From: Balanoglossus misakiensis
Lineage: Eukaryota > Animalia > Hemichordata
Reading direction: 5' to 3'
Assembly (NCBI GenBank): GCA_040954595.2
Contig: CM082583.2
Coordinates: 8,852,254 to 8,916,253 of the forward strand
Length of the DNA: 64,000 bases
Under the pieces are notes generated by a model that saw only the letters and a list, made by a program, of their open reading frames with translations, was not told the origin of the DNA and did not search any database. This document shows, one piece after another, positions 13,401-26,323 of this stretch (positions are counted from its first letter, which is position 1; each line of letters opens with the position of its first letter). Position numbers and translations under genes: made by a program.

Positions 13401-13899
13401 ACAAATGCTTCGGAAACTTCAAGTGAAAATCCACGATAGACATTTGTGAATTTGCCGGTGATTTTCGCCCTAAATGTCGTTCCCTTTTCGACACGTTTGA
13501 TGACGTCGATCAAGTCCACCTCATTGTAGGCGTCCTGCAAAAAAATAATAACATGCGTATGAATCAACCTGTTGATATATAATACAGGAATAAAGACACA
13601 GCGTGTGAGTTGCCAGCGACTCAGTGGTCAATACGATAAATTAATAAAACCAATCTGCCAACAGGTATATCCCAGGTGTACGAATTATTTAACCAATCAG
13701 ATTATCCCATCTGAGGTATTCCATACTTTTGAGTCATTTATAAGGTTATGTCAAGCATATACGTTACCTTCAATACTACGATGAAGCTGTTTGGAACCTT
13801 CTCAATTGGATTGGCTTGGTGCAATGGCGCCAAAGCGGAAACCAAGTGCAACACGGTCACCGTAGAAATTGCCAGAAAAGGTATGAGTTTGTGCGCCAT
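10413..13899 (-). CDS. Secreted subtilisin-like serine protease (S8A, proteinase K/aqualysin/PCSK9-like) with I9 prodomain, 8 exons
   Basis: Exons 13899-13768, 13534-13394, 12788-12656, 12447-12341, 11961-11820, 11638-11454, 10940-10769, 10552-10413. Signal peptide MAHKLIPFLAISTV; prodomain VPNSFIVVLK..VAYVEED; PWNLDRIDQRDLPLD; catalytic motifs YIVDTGI, DCNGHGTH and GTSSSAAHVAG. Confidence 0.92.
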
Positions 13900-13973
13900 C
13901 TTGCCTGGGTTGAGATACAGTACTAGTATACCACCGTGCAATGGTCTTAGCCTAGCCTCGAATGTCGTCACTA

Positions 13974-13979
13974 TTTATA
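13974..13979 (-). promoter_or_regulatory. TATA box of the S8 protease gene
   Basis: TATAAAT on the minus strand ~75 nt upstream of the ATG. Confidence 0.5.
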
Positions 13980-16533
13980 AGAAGACAAAAAAGTTATCTG
14001 TCACCCCCAGCTGCTCTGTCTCACGATGGGTATGTTTTATCAGCGTTTGGAAAACAGTTCAGCCCAATTATGGCGTTAATATCATTTATAAAATTGAGGT
14101 TTTATTAGTTAGCCATGGCGTATTTACACTGCGAGACCGACATGACTGGGTAAAAATGTTTTGAGTCAGAACAGCGCCTTCGCTACTTTCTTGACATAAC
14201 ACGTCACGGACTATATTTAGTATAGTACGCAGTAGTGGTTGACATGACAGTGCCTGTGGATCGCGTCTGACTCTGTCAAGCCTATCTAGGCCTGCACGAT
14301 TTGTATTATTATTTGGCATTTAACATTTTAGATATCTGTTGTTTTTCGCTGATATGATGACAGTATATAGTTTATGAGCCTTATCTTGGTTGTGGTTGTG
14401 ATGACAAGGGTCCTATGGTTACCTACCGAATAGGCGTAGTCGATAGCATCTCATATACGTAGGGGTTTAGCTACTTTCAACAGTAGACGGAAATTGAAAA
14501 GAAATTACACAGGCCGCTGTCTAGGAGGGAACTTAACTTGTTTGGTTATTTGAAAGTTCAAATCCGAATTTGGCGCTAACTTGGTGCCTGCAATTGGTAA
14601 ATGAGTGTCCACGCCTTTATGTGGTTGCGCCGATTCGGGTATGGCGGTCGATATTTCAAGCGTTGTTTAATACTGAAATTCGAGAGTTGGTAACGTGAAA
14701 GAAAGAAAAAAAACGTAATGAAACGTTTTCTTTGGGGATCAGTGCCAACCTTTGTACTTTTGTTATCTTTTAATTAGGCCCTCAAGAACACCAAAATTGC
14801 AGTTTTGGGAAATTTACGCAATAATTATTGAACATATCTATTTCTGGTTACCAGTGCAATACAGCTTTTTCAGATACACCTGTGTTGACATTTTCAGTGT
14901 AATCCCACACGTTGTCCTTTAGTTAGACACCGAAGGGCATATCTGTCTACATGGGAACTGTTTCAATCATTGAATCTCTCGATACGATAAAACTCAATGG
15001 GTACCGTCACTTTTAACGGCGCCATGCAAAGTTCATCATTTGGTGACAGCATTAATTGAATTCACGTTCTTTCTTGAAACGTCATTCCTATTTATGGACT
15101 GGTGCTCGGCTGGGGGCCGGACATCTACGCTTCGGCCTTAACCATCTACGGAGATCTGAGATCTGCTGGAAGATCACGTCACAGTGACGCCCATATCAGT
15201 CTCTGCCGCATCCTGCGCAAGTGAAAGTTGAGTTATGACAATGAAATGATGGATAGGTGCGCAAACGTGAACGTACACCCACGGGAGTGTTTGGAAAGAT
15301 AATGGTCGATGAGATGTGCAAATTACAGGAAATGAGATCTTTGTCGTGTTTATACGATCTCAAAAATGCAAAAACAACTGTATAGGTTACGGAAGTACTG
15401 TATTCTCCTGCTGCTGCTGCTGCTGCCTGTTTTAAGGCGTGCGTTTGTCAACATTGTAAACGCGTCTGACAAGTCTTGTCTTTTCATTCCATGGGCAATG
15501 GCCCATGCCCAGTTTCGAGCGATAAGAACGAAATTGATTGTGTAATGCCGTCCTCCATAAAGATTAAAAGGTGAACCTTAGAATAACTCGAAAGGATTTG
15601 GTCGTCTGTCTTCAATATTGGATACGCCGACGGAAATGTAATAGTTCGCAACCAAACATGGTCCATTGTATGCCTTTATTGGATACCTCGAGCAATGACA
15701 AATAGAAGTAGGTTACTTGAAATTTTGTTGACCATGCATATAGATTCCGAAAAGGGCGTCCCGTTCACAAGTGGATGGGTTTTGGCTTGGTGTTACAAAA
15801 ACACAATTTATATACTTGAATTAATATTAATTGTCTGCTTAACAAAGGTTAACAAAGCATGTTTCATTCAAGTGAGATGCGCCAGATCTCATTTAAATGT
15901 CATAAATTATTTAGATATGATAGAGCACATACATCATTTCACAGACAAATGTTGTGCTAATATTGGCGAAGGGCGCGTTTTTGAACGTCCTACTTGATAT
16001 ATCCCCCAACTATCTTCCCCATTTCTACCGCATGGGTGCGCTATGCTTCAAGAAAAAGGTTCACGGGCTATTGTAAATATGGATCTCTTTGGGCGTATAG
16101 CATAATGATGTGTGCACAGTTTGTTTGCAAATGACAATCTATTTCGGAAAAAAATAGTCGTGAGAGCTGAGGCAATAAACAGATATGGATCGTTTCTTTA
16201 GAGATATACACTGATAAAAAGTGATACATATCGCGAACAGGAACACGGGTAAGCTAGGCTCTTACAACTATGGTTGTCTTCTTATTAACTGGTAGAGAAA
16301 AAGAATAAAATTAAGACACGGAAGAGATGAGGAAATTTATTTTATTAATTTTATATAATGCGTTTCAGGAGCTGTCAGCAGGCTGTGTCAGGATCTGATC
16401 GAATTGACAATGTGTGGCGCTGTTCAACAACATGAGCAGGAGTTTCACAGTGACGAACACAGTTCATGAACAAACATACGTACATGAAAGACTTGGTCGG
16501 ATTGGCCAGTCAAGGCAACAACTCTCTCCCCAT

Positions 16534-16688
16534 CCCCGGGCCCGCCCCGCGTCGCGTCGCACTCACTCCAAATAATGAGTTATGAAGGATTCCACGACAC
16601 TAGAGAATGGTGTTTTATTGATATCAAATTTATGCATTCATAAATAACATAAACATGCGCATAGTTTACGTCATCTTTAGCCAATCAG
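16534..16688 (+). promoter_or_regulatory. JTB promoter elements (GC box, CRE half-site, CCAAT box)
   Basis: CCCGCCCC at ~16541-16548, TTACGTCA at ~16666-16673 and AGCCAATCAG at 16679-16688, upstream of the JTB ATG. Confidence 0.4.
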
Positions 16689-16881
16689 AATGCATGGCTT
16701 ACAACGACCTTCGGAAGCACCACAATACACGTCACCGAGTTGACTCATCGCATTTCCTGTCTGATATGGTGTACATGTATGTGTGTCTCAAAAGAACTGT
16801 GACGATCTATTAAAGCAGACGACAAGGTATCGGGCAAGTCAGTATGAACGTCTCGTAACACTAGTGTGTTTTTGTCCAGAA

Positions 16882-17711
16882 ATGAATGTTCAACGACCGG
16901 AGATTGTGATCGCATTACTATGGTAAGTGTGGCAAAAACCGGCATCATTTTTCCCAGTGACTGAGTCCATACACTGTGTGTACAAAAAAGTTAAGTTTTC
17001 TCATTTCGTCTGACCCTAATAAACATTATATTGTCCTTTGCAGCATCATTTGTAATTACGTGGCACACGCAGGTGATCGTCTTCCTAAAGTTGAAGAAAT
17101 AGAGCAACCTCTGTGTTGGATGAAAGAAGAATACACAGCACTTGGAGAAGAATGTCGGCCCTGCAAATCCATAGACTATGTAAGTTTCAGATGTTTCTTG
17201 ATGGTGGTGGTGGAAAGCATTTAAAGTTGCATGCCTGTTTTACAATTGATAGTAGTACGGTCGATGATCATTTCTTTCCTATCAAATGATGCACAAACTT
17301 TGTAAAATTGACACAAAATGGTTTGTAATCCGGGCAAAACAATTAACCGCACTTATGTGCACAAATCATATGGAGATCACATCATGACAGCATGCATTAT
17401 TATTGTCGCTGATGTCTCTCTGTGCTGGGTACTGGGTTCCTTATTCTTGCTTTTCACACTTTCAGAAATTGTTCAGTGCTGCGTGCATGCAGACAGGCTA
17501 CAGAGAGAAAGTCAAGTGCTTGGAGTCGGGCGCAGATGTCTACAAAAGCTGTCCCAAGCCCAGCTGGCTGGAGGAGAAAGTGTTCTGGGCATTTGAAGGT
17601 GTCATGCTGTTATGCGCTGTCTGCGCTTGTACCATGGTCTACGTGAGGAGGAAAAAAATGGAGAGAGACATGATGGAAAGGGTGAAGAAGCAGATATCAG
17701 CTGCTGTTTAA
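16882..17711 (+). CDS. JTB: Jumping translocation breakpoint protein homolog, 3 coding exons
   Basis: Exons 16882-16922, 17044-17179, 17466-17711. Cys-rich CW..EEY...EC.PC..C..TGY.E.V.C....YKSC, then EEKVFWAFEG, a TM helix and the basic tail RRKKMERDMMERVKKQI. Confidence 0.88.
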
Positions 17712-19186
17712 TTGGACAGTCAGTCCCCTTCATAGAACAAGAGCATATCAAGAGACTTACACAACGTGCAACTTGAGTGATATTGTGCAATAAGATGAGG
17801 ATGGTCAATACATGTATATACAGTAAAACCTGTCTAAACCTAGAGAGTAGATGAGTATTATCAAAAAGGAACATTATACATGGGAACTGGCATGGCATAG
17901 TATACATATAAATGAGATGGCTGTGGCCAATGTTGGTCTGAGAAATGAAGACAGGACTTTTACCATTTCTGTACCACTGATCCATGAATGTGTAAAACAT
18001 CAAAAAGTGGATATTTTTTCCCAGTATGTGCCCTCTGAAGGCAAGATTTCTCTAGATTGTACAGACAGTTCTAGAGTTCTAGTATGTTTATGATTATTTT
18101 TATTAAGCTTTATTTATAGTTAACAACTTACTCGGCTGACAAGGCTGCTCTTCCACAAGGTTGACAATACATTATACATTTGTAAAAAGTTTACAAGGAA
18201 ATTTAGATAATATATAAAATGGCTAAAGTATACAAATGCATGACAGACAAACAACATCATTTAAATGACAAAAAATGACCAAGGAAATGGACAGCAACCA
18301 TATACACCATAAGAAGAACATAAATAAGTTAGTTTTCTTTTTTATTGAACAATTGATTCCCTTCTGAAGAGTATACTCTGTATTTAAATGTTTTTAATGT
18401 AATTTCTGTCAGTAATGTACGTGTCTGGACAAGCAACAACAAAAAAACACTTGAAATGTCATTATTTGAAATAAAATCGAAATCATGTTAAATGTTTTGC
18501 GTGTGTTTTTTAAGTAACTAAAATAGAATTTCATCATGTCACTGTGCCTATTCTTTACTATTTTAATGCTTTAAATAGTACATTCATTTCCACGCCCAAA
18601 TGCTGCAGTTAATCATACTCGGCGCTCACCAATGTTATAGATTCCCATAGGAGTGTCAGCCCCAGATGCAAGCAAAACATAATGAGCCTTGGCCAGCCCT
18701 GAGTATGGATGCAGAATAAGCTTCTCTGGTGAAGATTGGCGTGGAACATAGGTGAGAGGTGGTATAGCTGGTAAAGAAAGACGCTTGCTTTTCCAATAAT
18801 TTCAGTATGTTTAAACCATACAAAAGCATTGCCCACACGCAGTGAAAGTGTATCAAAATGACCTCCAGGAAAAGGTTAATTTGATCCCTGGTAATATAAA
18901 AAAGATGGGGAATCGGAAACGATCTAAAACCATAAATCCTTTTCAATGTGTGTTTGGCTAGATTTCGGTCGACACTGCATGCAGTGTAGACCGCCAGAGT
19001 AAAAAAAAATGTTTTAATCATACGTAGAATGAAGTCAGTTTAACTCTATAAGTCTTTTGGTGTCTCAAAAGTATATCAAACTATAATTCCATTAACGAAA
19101 ATGAAACATAGTTGCATTCGGGTAATTATAAGTGTTCGCCACGTACGCGTATGGCTGTCGTCCGCTGCATTGTTAGCGGCGACTCG

Positions 19187-19510
19187 GTCAGGTGATCTAT
19201 CATGTGATGCTCACGAAACGGGGCTGCCACAGCCAATGCAAACAACCATTGTCTTATGAAGTTTTATTCATCATTGTATTATTTATTCGCGAACTCTAAC
19301 CATAATTAAATTCTAAAGTATAAAGCGCCTTGCTTTGGAAGACGCCAGTGTTGCCGTAGCAACAGGACTGTGAACACGAAACATATCGAAGGCATCTAAG
19401 TGTGGGTCCCCCGGGGTGTCATATGATCCTCATACCCTCAGATTTCATCACTCACAATGTGTATCATGAGCAAACACGAGTTCCGCTATGTGTGATCTCC
19501 CAGTCACATG
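19187..19510. promoter_or_regulatory. Putative MFSD12 promoter: M-box/CLEAR-like motifs and an RFX X-box
   Basis: GTCAGGTGAT 19187-19196, TCATGTGA 19200-19207, GTTGCCGTAGCAAC 19350-19363, GTCATATGAT 19418-19427, GTCACATG 19503-19510. A probable 5'UTR intron runs from donor ~19602 to acceptor ~20315. Confidence 0.4.
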
Positions 19511-20387
19511 CCACAAGATGTTTATGGCTTTACGACAGTGCTGAACGAGTAAACCGCTACGATGAAACATACTGAAGTGAAAGAAGGTTATCCAGAATAC
19601 GGTAAGCGGAACGGATTTCACTTGATATGTACTGTCCATGTCCTGGTTTGTGAAGTGCATGAGTAGCCATGGTTTGGGTTTGTGTGTTATACATTTTCAA
19701 CGGTACGTAGTCGTATGGACTTTAATACATGGAGTGGCGAACGCCGATACAAATATTTAGAGTGGTAATGTCAACCACCTCCTCGCAGGTGAAAGTTTGC
19801 GTCATTGGAAACGCCCCTTAAAGTCCGAAAGCTCTCGTTGGAATCCAACACAACACTGTTGGTGACCCTTTTCCAGCTCTGAAAAAATTCCTCTCCGGTC
19901 GCGATAGGGAACTAAAACTGGGAAAGTCACTCACTGACAAGAATAAGGTACTATTTGGAAAGTATTCAGATGTGACGTGTGTTTTATTTTTATGAGAAAT
20001 CCGCACTAATATAAGTTAAATCTACTGTACATGTATAGAACAAAATGTATGTTTCCTGTATTTTGTTACATTTCAATCACCCCCGTTTACGGGTCCCGTG
20101 GGGAAATGGGCATACAACTTATGTATTTAGCGTGAAGGTTATTTGACTGCTGGACAAAAACCTTTTGGTTGTTGGCGACTTATACACACCTGTGGAAAAG
20201 TCGTGGACGTCAGTCGACCAGTACCTCTTCTGTCCAAAATGTGGGTTATCAAATTACTGATGTCATATTTGGTCACTTATTTTAGTTTTTTTTAATGTTT
20301 TTGTTGTTGTTACAGATATCTGATTTTCGTATCAGGACAGGCTTAATTGAAGCTTAACGTGTAGTCTTGTGTTGGACCGCGACAAAG

Positions 20388-23300
20388 ATGTCAATCACCA
20401 CCAACGACCTGCCGATCATCAGGCGGTACACCTACGGTGTTGGCCATGTTCTCAACGACTTGTGTGCGTCTATGTGGTTCAGCTACCTCTTACTGTATTT
20501 CCACAGTATTTTGAATTTTAGGTAAGAGCTTAGATTCCTCCCGAAGAAATAGCAGAGAGATCTGGAAGTCTGGCCAACTCAATTTGCTTGACCCGGTGCA
20601 TAGATTGCTGGATGATATTGATAAGACCATATGTCACGCGGAGTCTGGTTTCCATGACAATACATCCTGTAACTTTTTCCCCTCTTTCTCTCATCTTCAG
20701 CAATTCAAGGGCAGGTTATCTCATGCTTGTAGGCCAGATTGCTGATGCAATCTGTACACCGTTTGTCGGCTATCAGTCGGATAGGACATCACCTGACCAC
20801 TGCTACGGACAGAGAAAAATTTGGCATCTCATTGGTACGTTGTTTTCTGCCTACTGTTAATGTCTGTCCCCGTGATGTGAATTCAGCCCTGTTTTTTTAA
20901 TAGGTGAATTGTCACATGCTCAAAAGTTCCAAGGCAGCCTCGCAGTCCACTGCCTGTCAAATCTGTGTCATCTCTTGTCAACGTTTAACAACAAACTCGT
21001 TAAATGGCATACCTTGTTTGCTGTAGAGTGGCACATGTCAGGGCTAGTGGTGCGTCCAAAGTCAACAATGGTGTTGCCCTCTGGGTCATTGCACTTTATC
21101 TGCGCTTAAACAATGAAGGTTTCAGACTCTGCATGTGAGTTCAGGGTTATACCAAGATTGGCCAGCTCTCAAAGTAAATTGAAGGTATGCAAGACTTCAT
21201 ACCGATTCCTTCATTCATTCATCCAACCTGCATTGTTCTAAAGCTCTCCTTCCTTTCCCATTCCGCTTGCAGGAACAGTCTGTGTCGCCGCTGCTTTCCC
21301 ATTTCTGTTCAATCCGTGCATTCACTGTGAACACTCTGACGAGTGGGCGCAATTTATTTATTACGTGCCGTTCGTGGTCATATTCCAGTTCGGCTGGGCA
21401 TCGACGCAAATCTCCCATTTAGCTTTGATTCCTGATTTAACAAAAGATGAGAGTCGCAGAGTGGAGCTCAATTCAATCAGGTATGTCGAAGTTACATATG
21501 AGTTGATCTCTGTGTTAAGTTCTGATGTGGTAGTCACTATTTTGTGTCTCATGTGATGTTCCAACAGCTGTCTTTTGTCTGATAAAAATAGTTTGTACTG
21601 CATCCCTTTCACCCCCAGTTCCCTATTTAGAGGTCCAACCTTACCACACAAAACAATCGGTTTGGACTGAACCATGGTGGTGAAAGGGTTAAAGCAAAAA
21701 AAACACCCAACTCTTTCCTTAGTATTACATACTAGTAGTTCTCGCAGTCTCATTTCAATTTGATATGGTGACTTTTTTGCCAGATGTTTGGTGCTGTTGT
21801 TTGACTTATAAATAACCACCAGATTGTGCAGAAACATATTGAGAGAGACTTTTTAAAGGTTATATCATGGCACTTTTTCAAGGGGAGAAATTGACCGGAA
21901 ATCTTTGTTTTGTAGGAACTCTTATGCAAGAATTATTAGGCAATATGATACTTGAAAGGCAACTAGACCTACAAAACCACCTGAAAACTCCTAGAAAATC
22001 CTTGAATAAATCTTTTCCTTTTTTAACCACTAGATATGCATTTACAGTACTCTCAAATATATCTGTGTATGGAATAACATGGCTGCTGCTGGACATTCCT
22101 CAACCAGGTGCCCAAAAGAAGACCGACGGGCAACTGGACTCGACTGACATTCCCGAATTCAGGGTATTTTTAATTTCTTTTCATTTATCTGTTAAATTTC
22201 CTGTGTTTGTGAATTGTTGCGGGTGTAAAGCCAAAAATTGTGAGTGTTCGACAATGATTGTCTGGATGTTTTAACAGTTTATTATTTATTGAACATACAT
22301 TTACTAACTGTTTCAGAAATTAGCCTTCATCGTGGTGGGTATCGGTGCCGTCTTCTCAATAATCTTTCACATTGGTACAAATGAGAGAGGAGCTGCCAAC
22401 AAGTCAGGGAGAGAGATTGATCGAAATGTCAAAGAAGAACGTGAACTCATGACGTGGAAAGATTGGATGAAAGAGCCGCAGTTTTACTTGGTAAGGATTT
22501 TTTGTCCTCCAAAATGAGAATCAGATTCTGCTTCGAATTCCCGATTCCAGCACCTTCACTGAACGGCCATGGATTCAGCATAAAATATTATTACAACTGA
22601 CCAGCTTCACTGTAAAAATACCAAGGCACATGCAAATTTTTCGGCTGGTGAACCCCTGTTGCATGTACATGTCATAATGTTCAATTTTCTTTTTACAGGT
22701 GGGCTTACTGTACATGTGTACCAGATTAATGGTCAACGTATCTCAGGTGTATATACCTATGTATTTATTGGAATCACTTGGATGGGAGTCAGTGAGTATG
22801 ATTCAACTGAAGATCTTGCCTTTCTGAGACTGACACGACTTTGATTAATTATTTGTTTCATTTCAGTTTTCTTCAAAGCATCTGACATTATCTTACTCTC
22901 TTTCTCCCCAGGACTCCATTGCAATAATTCCCCTCGTTGTTTACATTAGTGGATTTGTCTCATCGATCTTCATGAAATTAATTAATAAATATGTGGGCCG
23001 GAAGGTGAGTGATAGTGAAATCCTGTCCATTTTTTATGAGGACAAATCTAGCAAGAATTGGTTACAAAGTACAACAACTCTAGAAGATGTTCACGACTTG
23101 GTGGAGAGATCACAGTAATTTCAGAGACAAAAGAAACCTTCAGAAATGCGAGAGTTGGTTCTAAAATTACCGAGCCCGGTTTATTTCTGTGATAAAATCA
23201 TTTGGCCATCTGAACTTGCTTCGTTTATTTGCCAGGTGACGTACCTCCTTGGCGCTCTACTGATGATTGTGGCGTGCGTGTCATTGTGGTTCAAAAATAT

Positions 23301-25451
23301 CGGCCATTATATCTACATAGCGGCAATCCTGCTGGGTGCTGGCGGTTCCACAGTACTGGTCACTTCGCTGTCGATGACGGCAGATATGGTGGCAGATAAC
23401 ACAGTGAGTTCATTGCCATTGGCTTGCATGTCTGTCAATCGGAAACACCCCCACCTTCTCCTCAAGATATGTTGGGGCAATAACATGTCACTCTGATATG
23501 CACAAACTCCACAGCTCAACATGATGTTGTCATGTACAATTGTAAATGCTTTTGAATTCTTCCGCAGGAAAGTGCTGCCTTTGTTTATGGAGCCATGAGT
23601 TTTACTGACAAACTCTCCAATGGTGTGGCTGTCACCCTGATTCAAAATTTACATCCTTGTCTGTAAGTACACAGAAACCACTCCCAATTGGGGGTTTCTA
23701 TTTACGTCAGATTAAAAATCTACAACCAGACAAATTTTTTTAAAAGTTGAAAACAAAAATTTTACTGAGTGAATTCAAATGTCTTTGTTTTCATTCCAGG
23801 TCGTGCTGTGCAGAATGTAAGTGGTATTTCAGGGACATCATGGTGTTTGTGCCTGGAGGATTCGCCGTGCTCTCAATAGTCGTACTGGCAGTGTTGGCAC
23901 CTCAAAAACTTGGACAGAGACGAAGGGGTAAGCTCCATTGCTCATTCTATGTTGTTGGTTGTGCCAGGGTGCAATTTTTTGTATTGTAGTCTGGATAAAC
24001 TCTACCTCCTACACAGCAAACTTCTTGTATGAAATCTGCATGCATAACGATAGTTACACATGTCTCCGTCTCCAAAACATATAACATGGTTTTAATCGCA
24101 CTCGTAAAAATTCATAGGGTCAGTCTGTCAGCTTGTAAATGACTTCTGTTTCCTACATTTGTTTTGATAGGTAATTAAATGATTGAATGAACACGCTGCT
24201 TTCTACAGCATGCATGGGTATGAGTCTGTAGTCACGAAGGATGTTGTTGACTGTGGCTTTGAACATGATAATCAATTAAGTTACTATCAGTCATGTAATG
24301 CACCTTATTACTGAGACTTCTGTAACCCCCCAAAAACCTGCAAACCAAGCAGTTTTCAGAGCCCTGTAGGTTTAACATGTTGGTGTAGGGCATTTAAACC
24401 TGTCACCCCCGCTCTCCTCTTTTGAGGTCCACCTTTACCATAAAATAAAATGTATTTGGACCAAACCATGGCGGTGAAAGGGTTAATGGTGTGTATACAT
24501 CAGAACTGACAAGTATTTGTGTTCTTATTTTCCATTCTGTAAATGACGTCCATCTCAATAATAGACGGGTATGCCTCCATTAAATATGCTTTACTAAGCC
24601 TGTTATTTTAACATTCCACGGTTTGGTGAGTTCATCAACTAATATCTGAATTCCAACTGTTTTTCTGACAAGTACTTGGCATGTTTTAGCATGCTGGCTA
24701 TTAAACTACATAGCACAAGCAAGATGACAGTCAGATTAATCTCATTTTGGGTATTTTTAGGTTTAATAGTCTGATTATCTGTCTCTGATGTGCTGATCAC
24801 ACCGCACCATTTTGATCGATTGACATATCTTTCTCGCATGTCATCTCTTGTCTAAAACTTCCATGGACAACTGTGTAGTAGCTGGCAAACTTTTACAGTG
24901 GTTATAGAGAAGTGTAGTCTGCCAGTTTTATGGCGGACTGGACATTCATGTAAAAAAATATGAATTCTTGGTACAATTTTCTGTTTCCTCAATGAAAATG
25001 ACTTTCACATATGCACTATAATCAGTACTGGTAATACATGTAGCTTTGATTTGACCCAGACACTTTGAATTTAGCCAAATCGATTTTTGCAAACTTTTAG
25101 AATTTCCAAACAATTCTGTGCTACTTTTGTCCATGATCAAATCTATACACATGGGTTGCACAGGGCTGTGCGCTACATCGTTCCCCAGGTGAACCTATGG
25201 CTTCTGATTGGATTTTAGTTTCTATTCAAATTTGATGACATCATAGCACACCTTTGTATAAGTTATTATACTTGGCAACTTCAGATTAGGGTACAGTTCT
25301 GTTACTGTGACATTTTTATATTTTTTTCTATTCCGTTGTAGATGCCAAACGTCTTTATGCAGCAGCAGAAGTAGATTCTGTTGCCGCCTTGGATTCTGAA
25401 AAATCACCGCTGTTAGAAGACGGAAGAATAAATTACACTATCAACTCGTAG
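20388..25451 (+). CDS. MFSD12: Major facilitator superfamily domain-containing protein 12 (lysosomal cysteine importer family), multi-exon
   Basis: N-terminus [24 protein letters not shown]; [17 protein letters not shown]; [19 protein letters not shown]; [11 protein letters not shown]; [18 protein letters not shown]. The last exon 25342-25451 encodes the acidic dileucine motif EKSPLL. Confidence 0.93.
21604..21688. mobile_element. 85-bp piggyBac-like MITE, copy 1 (MFSD12 intron)
   Basis: Ends CCCTTTCACC...GGTGAAAGGG followed by TTAA. Colinear with the copy at 24398-24482. Confidence 0.65.
24398..24482. mobile_element. 85-bp piggyBac-like MITE, copy 2 (MFSD12 intron)
   Basis: TTAA on both sides (24394-24397 and 24483-24486). 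Ends ACCTGTCACC...GGTGAAAGGG; internal GAGGTCCA..TTTGGAC..AACCATGG shared with copy 1. Confidence 0.7.
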
Positions 25452-26201
25452 TGGATTTGCAAGCAGCGGGGCTTTTTAATGTGTAGAATTTAAGAATATT
25501 TGTCTTTTGTTTGCTTTTAAAAAAGCTGCGTCTTGCTTTTGCTAAGAAAGCTGCAGCTTCAGTTTTCTCATTCTTGCGTTTCGTGTGTACCAGTGCAATC
25601 TTTTATTTGACGTGACTACCAGTTAATCCCGGGCAGCAGCTTCCGATGAAAGCTTGTAGGAGGCATGCCTTGGAATCAGAACACCTTTCAGATGTGATTC
25701 TCTGCAGTCTAGGGAAGACCAGAATGTGAATCTGAAGCATGTTCACTTGCTTCTGGACCACGGAAGAAGCAATCTGCGCCCGCCAAGGTCTTGCTCTCCG
25801 AAATTGTAGTCGAGCTAACGCCCCGTGCGAGCAGACGATGAGGGAGAAGCAGCTAAAAACGTCAAATTCAGCAGAAGCTGTAGAATACATGTAAATTACC
25901 TGTAGATCAACACAACATACCCAAGAAAGAATCACTCACCACGCTTTTTAGCTTATTCACATTTAACAATTTGTCACCTCCGTTTCACATGTCGAACCAC
26001 CCAACACGAGATTTCAGGGCAATCAAAAATTATTTATAGAACTATAAAACGAGACATTGCTATATTGCACAAGATGCAATTAGTGGTAAAAGTACATTTG
26101 TTAGTATAAAGGTTATAATCCACCTGAATACGCACAATTCAGAGAAAAATCTTTAATAGGAAAGAGGCTTGACTATCACAAGTCAGGACTAATATTTATA
26201 G

Positions 26202-26323
26202 ATCCTTTTCAGGGCTAACTTTCTGATAACATAATCTTTTCGGGGTTGACCTTCTGGGAACACAGCCCTTTAAGGGTTAACTGTCTGGGGATCGAAGTAA
26301 ATCTTTCAGGGGCCAATTACCTT
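26202..26323. repeat. Degenerate ~32-bp tandem repeat, about 4 units
   Basis: Recurring (AT)CYTTT(T)CRGGGYTRACYTTCTG-like unit. Confidence 0.5.

Noticed and set aside
26202-26323. Regularly spaced repeats as a possible CRISPR-like array
   Set aside because: Degenerate tandem units without unique spacers, in eukaryotic DNA with no cas genes.
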